Positions 50,542 through 61,100 of a stretch of 64,000 bases of DNA are shown one piece after another. The stretch's first letter is position 1, and the number at the start of each line of letters is the position of its first letter. A model generated the notes under the pieces. That model did not search any database. It saw only the letters and a program-made list of their open reading frames with translations, and was not told the DNA's origin. The position numbers and the translations under genes are program-made. Source of the DNA: an uncultured Flavobacteriales bacterium (GTDB lineage: Bacteria; Bacteroidota; Bacteroidia; Flavobacteriales; BACL11); NCBI GenBank assembly GCA_905612305.1, contig CAJQRK010000007.1, positions 98,660-162,659 on the forward strand, read 5' to 3'.

Positions 50542-50733
50542 AATTGTATTAGTTATTAATTATTTATAATTATCGTTTTAATCCTATCTTCTTTTCTAAC
50601 TCCAGTAAATAAATGCCATTATACAAATCGTTTAAATCTACTGTTTTATCACTTGCAAAGCTAGTTAATTCTTTGAGAAATATTTATATTTGTGTATGTT
50701 TTACACTATCTTTGTAGTCAAATTCTTTAACAT

Positions 50734-51612
50734 ATGATCTTAATAGCTGATAGTGGCTCAACAAAATGTAGCTGGGCTTTATGCAATGCAAATGGCAAGA
50801 TTGTTACTCGACATCATACTATAGGATTTAATCCATATTTTATTGATGAAAAAGATATACTAAAACATTTAGAAGAGTCCGATTTAGTAGAGCATAAAGA
50901 TACCATCACAAATGTTGTCTTCTATGGAGCTGGGTGTTCATCAAAAGAAAAAAATACAGTAATATCAAACCCATTTAATCTATTTTTTAAGAATGCTGAT
51001 GTAGTTATTAGGCATGATATTGATGCGGCCTGCTACGCAATGTATACAGGAAAGCCTAATATAACATGTATATTGGGTACAGGTTCAAATTCGTGTTTTT
51101 TTGATGGGAAAGAAATATCTGAACACGCTCCTTCTTTAGGATTTTTAGTGGGCGATGAAGGTTCTGGAAATTATTTTGGAAAAAAGGCGATAAGTCTTTA
51201 CTTTAATAAAATGCTGCCTGATAATTTAAAAACTAGATTTGAAGCTGATTTTGAAACTAATTTAGTTACAATAAATAAACATATTTACAATAACAGCAGG
51301 GCAAATGTATATCTTGCAGAGTTCTTTCCCTTTATATCAGAGAATAAAAACCATCCCTTAATTCAAGACATTATCTATAAGGCTCTAGATGAATTTTTTA
51401 ACATTCATGTTGGTTGTTTTAAAAATTCTAAAGAGGTTGATATTAACTTTATTGGTTCTGTGGCATACTACCTTTCAGATCAAATCCATGTTGTAGCTAA
51501 AAAGTACAATTACAAGGTTAATGATATTATTAAAAACCCTATTGATAACTTAGTAAGTTATCACTTTAAGTACAGCTGTATCCCAAGCGCTAAACAGAGC
51601 ACATCTACCTAA
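50734..51612 (+). CDS. BadF/BadG/BcrA/BcrD-type ATPase (N-acetylglucosamine kinase-like)
   Basis: ASKHA phosphate-1 motif ILIADSGSTKC and ILGTGSN phosphate-2; 292 aa. Confidence 0.75.
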   Translation: MILIADSGSTKCSWALCNANGKIVTRHHTIGFNPYFIDEKDILKHLEESDLVEHKDTITNVVFYGAGCSSKEKNTVISNPFNLFFKNADVVIRHDIDAACYAMYTGKPNITCILGTGSNSCFFDGKEISEHAPSLGFLVGDEGSGNYFGKKAISLYFNKMLPDNLKTRFEADFETNLVTINKHIYNNSRANVYLAEFFPFISENKNHPLIQDIIYKALDEFFNIHVGCFKNSKEVDINFIGSVAYYLSDQIHVVAKKYNYKVNDIIKNPIDNLVSYHFKYSCIPSAKQSTST

Positions 51613-51616
51613 AACT

Positions 51617-51690
51617 AGTTAGAAAAAAGTAGAAATCAGGACCGCAAGGTTCGCCAAAACGAAATCCCTCTCTACGAGTTAAAGTTCTAC
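51617..51690 (+). repeat. Intergenic repeat family copy (long form, diverged hairpin)
   Basis: TAGTTAGAAAAAAGTAGAAATCAGGACCGCAAGGTTCGCCAAAACGAAATCCCTCTCTACGAG. The GGACC-GCAA-GGTTC stem shows a compensatory change relative to copy 50366-50380. Confidence 0.55.
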
Positions 51691-51710
51691 CTTTTTTATA
51701 TTTTAGCTGT

Positions 51711-52196
51711 ATGAAAATAAAAATTAGAGAAGGTGTGAAAAAGGATCTTCCAGCTGTTCTAGAACTCATAAAAGAATTAGCTGATTTTGAAAATGCTCTT
51801 GAGCAAGTAACAATTACATTAGAAGATCTGGAAAAGGATGGATTTGGAGGAAATCCTTGGTATTGGTTCTTAGTTGCAGAAAAAGATAATAAAATTGTTG
51901 GATTATCTTTTTATTGGATTCGCTATTCTACATGGAAGGGGAAGTTCTTATTCCTTGAAGACTTTGTAATTAAGAGAGAGTATAAAAGACAAGGTATCGG
52001 GTCCAAATTATTTGAAGAAACAATTAATATCTGCAAAAAACAAAAACTAAATGGAATGATATGGCAAGTATTAGATTGGAACACGCCTGCAATAAATTTT
52101 TATAAAAAGTATAATGCTGATATTAGCAAAGAGTGGTTGAATGGAAAACTTACAAAGAATCAAATTGACAAAATTTGTTTTGCCACAAAAAGCTAA
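51711..52196 (+). CDS. GNAT family N-acetyltransferase
   Basis: Acetyl-CoA binding motif REYKRQGIGSKLFEE (Q/RxxGxG/A). Confidence 0.85.
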   Translation: MKIKIREGVKKDLPAVLELIKELADFENALEQVTITLEDLEKDGFGGNPWYWFLVAEKDNKIVGLSFYWIRYSTWKGKFLFLEDFVIKREYKRQGIGSKLFEETINICKKQKLNGMIWQVLDWNTPAINFYKKYNADISKEWLNGKLTKNQIDKICFATKS

Positions 52197-52254
52197 TGAC
52201 AAGTTCAAAACTCTTTAGCTCTGAATGTTTTATAATGCCTTTTCAGCAAACAAG

Positions 52255-53277
52255 TTACATCTCATCAAAATCCACCACAATATTTTCTGTAATAGGATGC
52301 GCCTGACAAGTTAAGATAAATCCTTCTTCAACCTCATCCTCTGAGAGTGAGAAATTCTGATTCATGATTGCTTTTCCCTCCATCACCTTAGCCCTACAAG
52401 TACAGCACACCCCTCCTTTACATGAAAACGGAACATCTGCCCCCTGTTCCATAGCAGCATCCAATATTGTTTTTCCTTTTCCGGAAAGAGTAAATTCAAA
52501 ATCTTCTCCATCTACAATAACAGTGATATTACTTATTGTTTCTGCACCTTCATCAGTATTTTTGTTTGACTTCTCTTTCTTCTTTGCAGTAAACCTTTCA
52601 AAGTAAAGTTTTGATTTTTCCACTCCTTTTTCTAATAAGAATTCTTCAGTCATATCAATCATCTCACCAGGACCACAGATATAAAAAGCTTCAGCTTCCA
52701 AAAAAGATTTTTGTTCTGAAAGTTCTAAAAGTAAATCCCTATCAATTCTAGAATTATAACATCCTTGTACTTCCTGCCTAGAATAAGCAAAATGAGCATT
52801 TACATTCATCTGTTTTATCTCATTCAAAAACATTGATGAATCCTCAGTCTTATTTCCATAAACCAAAGTGAAATTTGATTTATCGTGCATTTTCTTCATA
52901 ATACTTAAAATTGGAGTAATTCCGCTACCAGCACAAATCCCAACCACTTTATTTTGATTACCTAAAACAAACCTTCCTTTTGGCTTCATTACACCAATTA
53001 CATCACCTTGCTTTAAAGTATCAATTAAAAAAGTAGACATCTTACCGCCTTCCACCCTCTTAACCCCCACCGCAACTTCTGAAGAGTCAGGATTACTACA
53101 AAGCGAATAAGCTCTTCTTATTTCTTCATTATTAATCTTTTCACAAATAGTAATGTATTGACCTGCAATAAATTCAAATTCAGATTTTAAATTTTCTGGA
53201 ATTAAAAAAAATATCTCAATTGCATCAGATGTAAGTCTGTTGATTTTACTAATTCTTAAATTGTGTAATTCTCTCAT
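52255..53277 (-). CDS. paaE: Phenylacetyl-CoA epoxidase reductase subunit (FNR-like plus plant-type 2Fe-2S)
   Basis: RAYSLCS flavin motif, GSGITP NAD motif and C-terminal CKGGVCCTCRAKV...LTC ferredoxin. The start could be ATG 53277 (MRELHNLRISKI) or the upstream track start 53328. Confidence 0.9.
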   Translation of the reverse strand: MRELHNLRISKINRLTSDAIEIFFLIPENLKSEFEFIAGQYITICEKINNEEIRRAYSLCSNPDSSEVAVGVKRVEGGKMSTFLIDTLKQGDVIGVMKPKGRFVLGNQNKVVGICAGSGITPILSIMKKMHDKSNFTLVYGNKTEDSSMFLNEIKQMNVNAHFAYSRQEVQGCYNSRIDRDLLLELSEQKSFLEAEAFYICGPGEMIDMTEEFLLEKGVEKSKLYFERFTAKKKEKSNKNTDEGAETISNITVIVDGEDFEFTLSGKGKTILDAAMEQGADVPFSCKGGVCCTCRAKVMEGKAIMNQNFSLSEDEVEEGFILTCQAHPITENIVVDFDEM

Positions 53278-53396
53278 TTTAGATGGTAATTTTTGCAAAA
53301 ATATCAATTTATCAATAACACTCTTCATTTTATAACTGATATCAGTAATTCAGTGAAGAGTTTTTGGTAAATTTGCAATAACATTTATAATAAGTA

Positions 53397-54320
53397 ATGA
53401 AAGAAGAATTATTTCAAGAGAAGATAGATAAAGAGCAAAAGATTGAGCCTAAAGACTGGATGCCAGAAGATTATCGTAAGCATTTAATCCGACAAATTTC
53501 TCAGCATGCCCATTCTGAAATAATTGGCATGCAACCTGAAGGAAATTGGATTACAAGAGCTCCATCTTTAAGAGCTAAAATGATATTACTTGCCAAAGTT
53601 CAGGATGAAGCTGGGCATGGATTATATTTATATTCTGCTTGTGAAACTTTAGGAATTAGCCGACAAGAATTGGTGCAACAATTACATGATGGAAAGGCAA
53701 AATATTCATCCATTTTCAATTACCCAACCTTAAGTTGGGCAGACATGGGGGCAGTAGGATGGCTGGTTGATGGCGCTGCAATTGTAAACCAAGTTTCGCT
53801 TCAAAGAACTTCTTACGGGCCCTATGCCAGAGGAATGGTTAAAATTTGTAAAGAAGAAAGCTTTCACCAAAGACAAGGATATGAAATAATGGCTGAAATG
53901 GCAAAAGGAACCAAAGAACAGAAAGAAATGGCACAGGATGCATTAAACAGATTTTGGTGGCCATCAATTATGATGTTTGGTCCTCAAGATTCTGATTCTC
54001 CAAGAACAGGAAATGCTATGAAATGGAAAATAAAAAGACAAACCAATGATGAGCTAAGACAAAGTTTTATTGACAAAACCGTAGGGCAAGCAGAAATTAT
54101 AGGCTTAACCATTCCTGACACTGATTTAAAATGGAATGAAAAAACAGAGCATTATGACTTTGGCGAAATGGATTGGGATGAGTTTTGGAATGTTGTAAAC
54201 GGAAATGGTCCTTGTAATCATCAAAGATTAGCCCATCATCAAAAAGCTCATACTGAAGGAAAATGGGTAAGAGAAGCAGCAAAAGCTTACGCTAAAAAAC
54301 AAGAATTAGTAACCCAATAA
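53397..54320 (+). CDS. paaA: 1,2-phenylacetyl-CoA epoxidase catalytic subunit A (di-iron)
   Basis: Di-iron helices [11 protein letters not shown] and [10 protein letters not shown]; heads the paaABCD order. Confidence 0.9.
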   Translation: MKEELFQEKIDKEQKIEPKDWMPEDYRKHLIRQISQHAHSEIIGMQPEGNWITRAPSLRAKMILLAKVQDEAGHGLYLYSACETLGISRQELVQQLHDGKAKYSSIFNYPTLSWADMGAVGWLVDGAAIVNQVSLQRTSYGPYARGMVKICKEESFHQRQGYEIMAEMAKGTKEQKEMAQDALNRFWWPSIMMFGPQDSDSPRTGNAMKWKIKRQTNDELRQSFIDKTVGQAEIIGLTIPDTDLKWNEKTEHYDFGEMDWDEFWNVVNGNGPCNHQRLAHHQKAHTEGKWVREAAKAYAKKQELVTQ

Positions 54321-54329
54321 AAAAACAAA

Positions 54330-54614
54330 ATGATAGAAAAAACAATTGTTTGGGAAGTATTTATTCAAAGTAAAAATGGGTTAGCACATAAGCATGTTGG
54401 AAATGTGCATGCTAGTGATAAAGTAATGGCATTGGAAAATGCAAGAGAATTATATACCAGAAGAAATGAAGGATCTTGCATTTGGGTAGTAAAAGCAGAA
54501 TACATTGTTTCTTCAGAATCAGAGGATAGTGAAGCATTTTTTGATCCGTCAAACGATAAAATATATCGCCACCCGACATTTTACACCATGCCTGAAGGAT
54601 CAAAACATATTTAA
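54330..54614 (+). CDS. paaB: 1,2-phenylacetyl-CoA epoxidase subunit B
   Basis: 94 aa. WEVF...HVGNVHA...ARELYTRR, typical of PaaB; position after paaA. Confidence 0.85.
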   Translation: MIEKTIVWEVFIQSKNGLAHKHVGNVHASDKVMALENARELYTRRNEGSCIWVVKAEYIVSSESEDSEAFFDPSNDKIYRHPTFYTMPEGSKHI

Positions 54615-54616
54615 AA

Positions 54617-55363
54617 ATGAGTGATTTATTTACCTATACTTTACGGATTGCTGATAGCTCCTTAATTTTAGGACAAAGAATGTCAATGTGGTGTTCAAAA
54701 GGACCAACTTTGGAAGAAGACATTGCTCTATCCAACATTGGACTAGATATGTTTGGCCAAGCGAATGGGTTTTATGAGTATGCAGCACAATTAGACGGTA
54801 CAAAATCTGCTGATGATTTAGCTTTTAATCGTAATGAAAGAGAATTCTTTAATCATCAATTAGTAGAGCAAGAAAATGGTCATTTTGGAATCACTGTTGC
54901 TCGTAATTTCCTGCATGATGTTTTTAACTTTTTATTTTACACTCAGCTTGCCAATAGTAAAGATGAAACTCTTGCGGCATTGGCTACAAAATCCTTAAAA
55001 GAAGTAAAATACCACCTAAAACATTCTAGTAACTGGCTTATTCGCTTAGGAGATGGAACTGATAAAAGCAAAAGAAAAATACAAGAAGGTATAAATACAA
55101 TGTGGCAATTTACAGGTGAGCTATTTGAAATGGATGAGATTGACAAACAAATTCTTAATGCAGGTATTGGGGTGGATAATACTGCATTAAAAAAAGATTG
55201 GGACTCTCTTGTCAACAAAACCCTTAGTAAGGCAAAAATAAATCGTCCTAAAGATGCCTATATGGCAACAGGAGGCAAAAAAGGATTACATACTGAACAC
55301 CTAGGATTTATATTGGCTGAAATGCAGTATTTGCAAAGAGCTTATCCGGATGCAAAGTGGTAA
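54617..55363 (+). CDS. paaC: 1,2-phenylacetyl-CoA epoxidase subunit C
   Basis: 248 aa. N-terminal YTLRIADSSLILGQRMSMW, typical of PaaC; operon position. Confidence 0.85.
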   Translation: MSDLFTYTLRIADSSLILGQRMSMWCSKGPTLEEDIALSNIGLDMFGQANGFYEYAAQLDGTKSADDLAFNRNEREFFNHQLVEQENGHFGITVARNFLHDVFNFLFYTQLANSKDETLAALATKSLKEVKYHLKHSSNWLIRLGDGTDKSKRKIQEGINTMWQFTGELFEMDEIDKQILNAGIGVDNTALKKDWDSLVNKTLSKAKINRPKDAYMATGGKKGLHTEHLGFILAEMQYLQRAYPDAKW

Positions 55364-55802
55364 AATAAAGAAAATATGGGAACTACTGAATACCGTTCCT
55401 GATCCTGAAATTCCTGTAATTTCAGTAGTTGAATTAGGCGTTATTCGAGATGTAATATTTTCTGAAAACTCTTATGTTATTTCCATCACCCCTACTTATT
55501 CGGGCTGTCCAGCTGTAAAAGCATTTCAGGATGATATTAAAGTTTGCTTAAAAGATAATGATATAGAAAATTTTGAGCTTAAAATTGTATACTCTCCTGC
55601 CTGGACTACTAATTGGATGACAAAAAAAACCAAACAAAAACTCAAAAAATACGGAATAGCACCCCCATCAGATACTGTTATTTGCCCACAATGTGATTCT
55701 GAAAAAACAGAATTAATTAGTGAATTTGGAGCGACTGCTTGTAAGGCACTTTACAAATGCTCTGATTGCTTGGAGCCCTTTGAATTTTTCAAGTGCATCT
55801 AA
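55350..55802 (+). CDS. paaD: Phenylacetate-CoA oxygenase subunit PaaD
   Basis: VPDPEIPVISVVELG MIP18/SufT-like N-domain, then a CPQC...CSDC zinc-ribbon tail. Confidence 0.85.
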   Translation: MQSGKIKKIWELLNTVPDPEIPVISVVELGVIRDVIFSENSYVISITPTYSGCPAVKAFQDDIKVCLKDNDIENFELKIVYSPAWTTNWMTKKTKQKLKKYGIAPPSDTVICPQCDSEKTELISEFGATACKALYKCSDCLEPFEFFKCI

Positions 55803-55843
55803 AATTTAATTTTTCGTACTTTAGCACATTAAATTTATACTAA

Positions 55844-56614
55844 ATGATACAATTTGAGATATTAAATGGAGTAGGAAAAATTACCTTAAATAGACCTGAA
55901 AAATACCACTCTTTTGTACGAAAAATGGCTTTACAATTGCAAGATGCATTGGACAAGTGCAATGAAGACAAAACAGTTAGAGCAATCCTGATTACCGCTA
56001 CAGGAAAAGCCTTTTGTGCAGGACAGGATTTGGGTGAGGCAACTGACCCAAACGGACCGGATTTAACACAAATGGTACAAGAACACTACAATCCTATTGT
56101 CCGAAAAATACGAAATATTGAGAAACCTGTTGTAGCTGCAGTTAATGGAGTGGCTGCAGGAGCAGGAGCAAGTATAGCATTAGCTTGCGATATTGTAGTG
56201 GCTTGTGAAAGCGCATCATTCATACAAGCGTTTAGCAAAATTGGATTGATACCAGATAGCGGGGGAACTTTCTTTTTGCCAAGATTAGTAGGTATTCAAA
56301 AAGCTGCTGCACTTATGATGACTGCAGAACCTGTTTCGGCTAAAGATGCGGAAGCAATGGGTATGATTTATAAAGTATTTTCAGATGAAAGTTTTAAGGA
56401 AGATAGCTGGAAGCTAGCAAGTAAGCTTGCAAAAATGCCAACCAAAGGACTGGGGCTTACCAAACGATTATTGAATGCTTCCTATTCCAGTAATTTGGAA
56501 CAGCAATTGGATATGGAAGATAAATGCCAAACTATTGCAGGAAACACTTCTGATTTCAAGGAAGGAATAGAAGCATTTTTTGAGAAAAGAAAACCAAACT
56601 TTAAGGGAGAATAA
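55844..56614 (+). CDS. paaG: Enoyl-CoA hydratase/isomerase family (PaaG-type 1,2-epoxyphenylacetyl-CoA isomerase, or PaaF)
   Basis: Crotonase fold (FCAGQDL, VAAVNGVAAGAGASIALACD); operon context. Confidence 0.7.
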   Translation: MIQFEILNGVGKITLNRPEKYHSFVRKMALQLQDALDKCNEDKTVRAILITATGKAFCAGQDLGEATDPNGPDLTQMVQEHYNPIVRKIRNIEKPVVAAVNGVAAGAGASIALACDIVVACESASFIQAFSKIGLIPDSGGTFFLPRLVGIQKAAALMMTAEPVSAKDAEAMGMIYKVFSDESFKEDSWKLASKLAKMPTKGLGLTKRLLNASYSSNLEQQLDMEDKCQTIAGNTSDFKEGIEAFFEKRKPNFKGE

Positions 56615-56615
56615 G

Positions 56616-57767
56616 ATGATGAAAGTAAGTGTAATTGGAGCGGGAACTATGGGAGCTGGAATTGCTCAGATTGCTGCTACAAACGGACATGAAGTATGCC
56701 TTTATGATTCTTTTGATGGCGCTATAGAATCAGCAGAAAACAAACTAAAAAAAATTCTCAACAGACTAGTTGAAAAGGAAAGAATAACTCAAAAAGAAAA
56801 TGAAACAATTCTAGGGAATATTAATTTCACAAAAGATATAAATAAGCTAAAAGGAAGTGGATTAGTTATTGAAGCTATTATTGAAAATCTAGAAATAAAA
56901 CAAGCAGTATTTGCTGAAATTGAAAGCTTAGTGAGTGAAAACTGCATTATTGCATCTAACACCTCTTCCCTATCCCTTGCCTCTATTGCTTCAGCTTGCA
57001 AAAAGGCAGAACGAGTAGTGGGAATTCACTTTTTTAATCCGGCTCCACTTATGCCACTAGTTGAGATAATTCCAGCAGTACAAACTACTGAAGCAACTTT
57101 GAATGCGGCTAAATCTATTATTGATTCTTGGGGGAAAGTAACGGTAATTGCAAAAGATACTCCAGGATTTATCGTGAATCGTGTGGCGCGTCCTTTTTAT
57201 GGGGAAGCAATTAGAATTTATGAAGAAGGAGTGGCTGACTTTGCCACTATTGATTGGGCAATGCGTGAAATTGGAGGTTTCCGTATGGGGCCTTTCGAGC
57301 TGATGGATTATATAGGAAACGATATTAATTATATCGTAACAGAAACTGTGTTTTCATCCTTTTACTTTGATTCACGATACAAGCCCTCTTTCACACAAAA
57401 GAGAATGATAGAAGCTGGATATTTGGGCAAAAAATCAGGAAGAGGATATTATGATTACTCAGCTGATATGCCAAAAGCAAATGAAGACAGAGGTTTAGGG
57501 AAAACAATTTTATGGAGAGTTCTGGCTATGATTATAAATGAAGCGGCTGATGCATTATTCTTAAAAATTGCCAGCCGAGAAGACATTGATTTGGCAATGA
57601 CAAAAGGAGTAAATTATCCGAAAGGATTACTCGCTTGGGCAGATGAAATTGGAATTAAGAATGTTCTCAAACAATTAGAAGGTTTACAAGCAGAATATGC
57701 TGAGGACAGATATAGACCTTCCCCATTATTAAAACGAATGGCTAGAGAAAATAAAACTTTTTACTAA
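56616..57767 (+). CDS. paaH: 3-hydroxyadipyl-CoA (3-hydroxyacyl-CoA) dehydrogenase
   Basis: ATG 56616 lies just after the paaG stop. Rossmann VIGAGTMGAGIA and a 3HCDH C-domain. Confidence 0.85.
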   Translation: MMKVSVIGAGTMGAGIAQIAATNGHEVCLYDSFDGAIESAENKLKKILNRLVEKERITQKENETILGNINFTKDINKLKGSGLVIEAIIENLEIKQAVFAEIESLVSENCIIASNTSSLSLASIASACKKAERVVGIHFFNPAPLMPLVEIIPAVQTTEATLNAAKSIIDSWGKVTVIAKDTPGFIVNRVARPFYGEAIRIYEEGVADFATIDWAMREIGGFRMGPFELMDYIGNDINYIVTETVFSSFYFDSRYKPSFTQKRMIEAGYLGKKSGRGYYDYSADMPKANEDRGLGKTILWRVLAMIINEAADALFLKIASREDIDLAMTKGVNYPKGLLAWADEIGIKNVLKQLEGLQAEYAEDRYRPSPLLKRMARENKTFY

Positions 57768-57768
57768 A

Positions 57769-58188
57769 ATGGATTTAGCGAAAAAAGTAATAGACAAGAT
57801 GATAAGTGGAGATGCCTTTAGTAAGTGGCTAGGCATTGAGGTTTTGGAGATTACTGCTGGTTTTTGCAAAATACAAATGAAAGTTAGAGATGAAATGACC
57901 AACGGATTCAATATTGCTCATGGAGGAATAGCTTACTCACTTGCTGATAGCTGTTTGGCTTTTGCTTCAAATGCGGATGGATTGCAAGCTGTTTCTATTG
58001 AAACTTCTATTTCTCATACACAAAAGGCAATAAGTGGTGACATACTAATTGCTACTAGTAAACAGATAAACAAAAGCAGTAAAACATCTTTATATTACAT
58101 TACAATTACTAATCAAAATAACATTGAAATTGCTCATTTTAAGGGTACGGTTTACCGAACCAAAAAAGAGTGGCTTCCAAAAAAATAA
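57769..58188 (+). CDS. paaI: Hydroxyphenylacetyl-CoA thioesterase (hotdog fold)
   Basis: 139 aa. NIAHGGIAYSLADS PaaI-type motif. Confidence 0.85.
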   Translation: MDLAKKVIDKMISGDAFSKWLGIEVLEITAGFCKIQMKVRDEMTNGFNIAHGGIAYSLADSCLAFASNADGLQAVSIETSISHTQKAISGDILIATSKQINKSSKTSLYYITITNQNNIEIAHFKGTVYRTKKEWLPKK

Positions 58189-58191
58189 ACT

Positions 58192-61100
58192 ATGAAAAAA
58201 CTACTACTTATATTACTTTGCGTGCCTATGATTGGCTTTGGGCAAAACGTAAACATACCTGATGCTAATTTTAAGACATATTTAGTTGGGAATCCAGCGA
58301 TTAATACGAATGGAGATACTGCAATACAAGTAAGTGAAGCAACTGCCTTTAATGGTACTATTTATTGTAACAGTATGAATATTGACACTTTGATAGGAAT
58401 AGAAGCATTTACAGCTTTAACTGAATTAAGATGTAGTTATAATCAACTCACCAGCCTTGATCTAAATACTAATACTGCTTTAACTGAATTAAGATGTGAG
58501 TATAATCAACTCACCAGCCTTGATCTAAATACTAATTTAACTTATTTAAAATGTAATAATAATCAACTCACCAGCCTTGATGTAAGTACTAATACTGCTT
58601 TAACTTATTTGGATTGTTGGACTAATCCACTCACAATCCTTGATCTAGATACTAATATTGCTTTAACTGAATTGCGTTGTATGTCTAATCAACTCACTTC
58701 ATTAGATTTAAGTAGCAATATAGCATTGGAGAAAGCATGGTGTCACGCCAATGTTCTGACAAATATTAACTTACAAAATTGTATTAACCTAAAAGATCTC
58801 AGATGTGATCAGAATTTAGGCCTTTCATCAATAAATTTAAGTGACAACTTAAATTTGGAACGTTTTAGATGTACTGTTACAAGTATTGATTCAATAGATG
58901 TATCTCACTGTGCCAATTTAAGAAGTTTACATGTAGGTGGCACTAATATTAGTTCACTAAATATAAGTAATAATTCTCTGTTAGAATTCTTATCTTTTGA
59001 TAATCTTGACACGATTGATATAAGTCATAATCTAGCACTTAGACAAATTATAAAATTTTACGGAACAGGACCACTAGATATTGATGTAACTCAGCATACA
59101 CAATTACAACTTCTACATTGGCCTGGCAGTAACTTAACAAAATTAGATCTTAGTAATAATCTTCTTTTGGAAACATTAGATTGTTCTGGAAACCAAATAG
59201 ATTCTTTAGATCTCACTAACAATGTCTTGCTGGAGTCTTTAGATTGTACATCCAACTCTTTAACTTATTTAGACCTAAGAAATGGAAACAATCATAACAT
59301 GTATAATGCTGGAGCGTTCACCTTCTATTGTTTTAATTTAGCATTCACATTTCCTAGAAAGTTTTCGATTATTAATAACCCTTTGTTATATTGTACTTCT
59401 GTAGATAATGTTACTTATTCTGATACTGCTTGGTCAAAGGACTCTTGGAATACCTTTAGCAGCAATTGTCAGAACGAAATTGACGGCTGCACTGATACGG
59501 CAGCACTAAACTATGATTCAACAGCAACTATTAATTCTTTATGTGATTATGGATATACTATAATTCCTGATTCTACATTTGAATATTATCTAGAAACTCA
59601 TAATATTGGTGGCGCGGTAGTACCTGTTGGTAATTCAAGTATGGGAGATGGGATATTGGATAATGATTCTGTTTTAACAAAGAATATACGTTTTGTATTA
59701 AACCTTGATGTAAGTGGTAATAGTAGTGCCGGAGGATCCATACAAAATCTAATTGGCATAGAAGATTTTATATCTTTAGCTTATTTGCACTGCCGTTATA
59801 ATCAACTTACAAGTTTAGGTGTGGATAGTAATACTGCTTTAACTAATTTAGATTGTTCTAATAATCAACTGGACAGCCTTGATGTAAGTACTAATACTTC
59901 TTTAACTTATTTGAGTTGTAGAAATAATCAACTGGACATCCTTGATGTAAGTAATAATACTGCTTTAACTTCTTTGTGGTGTAACGATAATCAACTTACA
60001 AGTTTAGATGTGGATAGTAATACTGCTTTGACTTATTTGCATTGTCATTTTAATCAACTGGACAGCCTTGATGTAAGTAATAATGATTCTTTAATTTATT
60101 TAACGTGTCAATCTAATCAGCTCACAAGCCTGGATGTAAGTAGTAATATTGCTTTAACTAGTTTGAATTGTGATGATAATCAACTTACAAGTTTAGATGT
60201 GGATAGTAATACTGCTTTAATGCTGTTGGATTGTTCTGAAAATCAACTTGACATCCTTAATGTAAGTAATAATACTGCTTTATCTTGGTTAGATTGTAGT
60301 TCTAATCAACTCACAAGCCTTGATGTAAGAAATGGTAATAATATAAATATGATTTATGCTAGTTTTATAAATAATTATAATTTGTACTGTATTGATGTAG
60401 ATAATTCATTTTGGTCTACTTCCAATTGGTATAATATTGATCCTTGGGCAACTTTTAGTGTAAGTTGTCAGAATGAGATATATGGTTGTACCGACTCACT
60501 CGCTTGCAATTATAATTCATTAGCTACTGTTGATGATGGAAGTTGTTTAACATCCTGGGGATGCATGGACACTACTGCTTGTAATTATGATTCATTAACC
60601 ACCTGTGATGATGGTTCTTGTTTAACAGCCTGGGGATGTATGGACACTACAGCTTGTAATTATGATTCATTAGCTACTTGTGATGATGGTTCTTGTAATA
60701 CAGTTTATGGATGTACAGATGTTGCAGCATGTAACTATGACTCAACAGCTACTTGTGATGATGGTTCTTGTGGATATATTAGTGGATGTACAAATGCTAC
60801 AGCATGTAATTATGATTCATTAGCTACTTGTGATGACGGAAGTTGTTTAACGGCCTGGGGATGTATGGATACTACAGCTTGTAACTATGATTCATTAGCC
60901 ACCTGTGATGATGGTTCATGTACTGGTCTTTTAGGATGTACAGACGCTACAGCATGTAATTATGATGCTTCAGCTAATTGTGATGATGGTTCATGTGATG
61001 GTATTTTAGGATGTGCAGATGCTACAGCATGTAATTATGATGCTTCAGCTACTTGTGATGATGGTAGTTGCACTTATTTTTCTGGTGTAGTTCAAATTAT

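Noticed and set aside
43067-51690. The repeat family interpreted as integron attC sites bounding gene cassettes.
   Set aside because: There is no intI-type integrase next to the array. The genes between repeats have mixed orientations and apparently their own promoters. The repeats lack the R''-L''/L'-R' attC architecture.
58390-61083. Regularly spaced DNA repeats considered as a possible CRISPR array. The same question was asked of 46290-47514.
   Set aside because: The repeats are in frame inside long ORFs (LRR units, 75-bp Cys modules, 405-bp FAS1 units). There are no unique spacers and no cas genes. They are coding tandem repeats.
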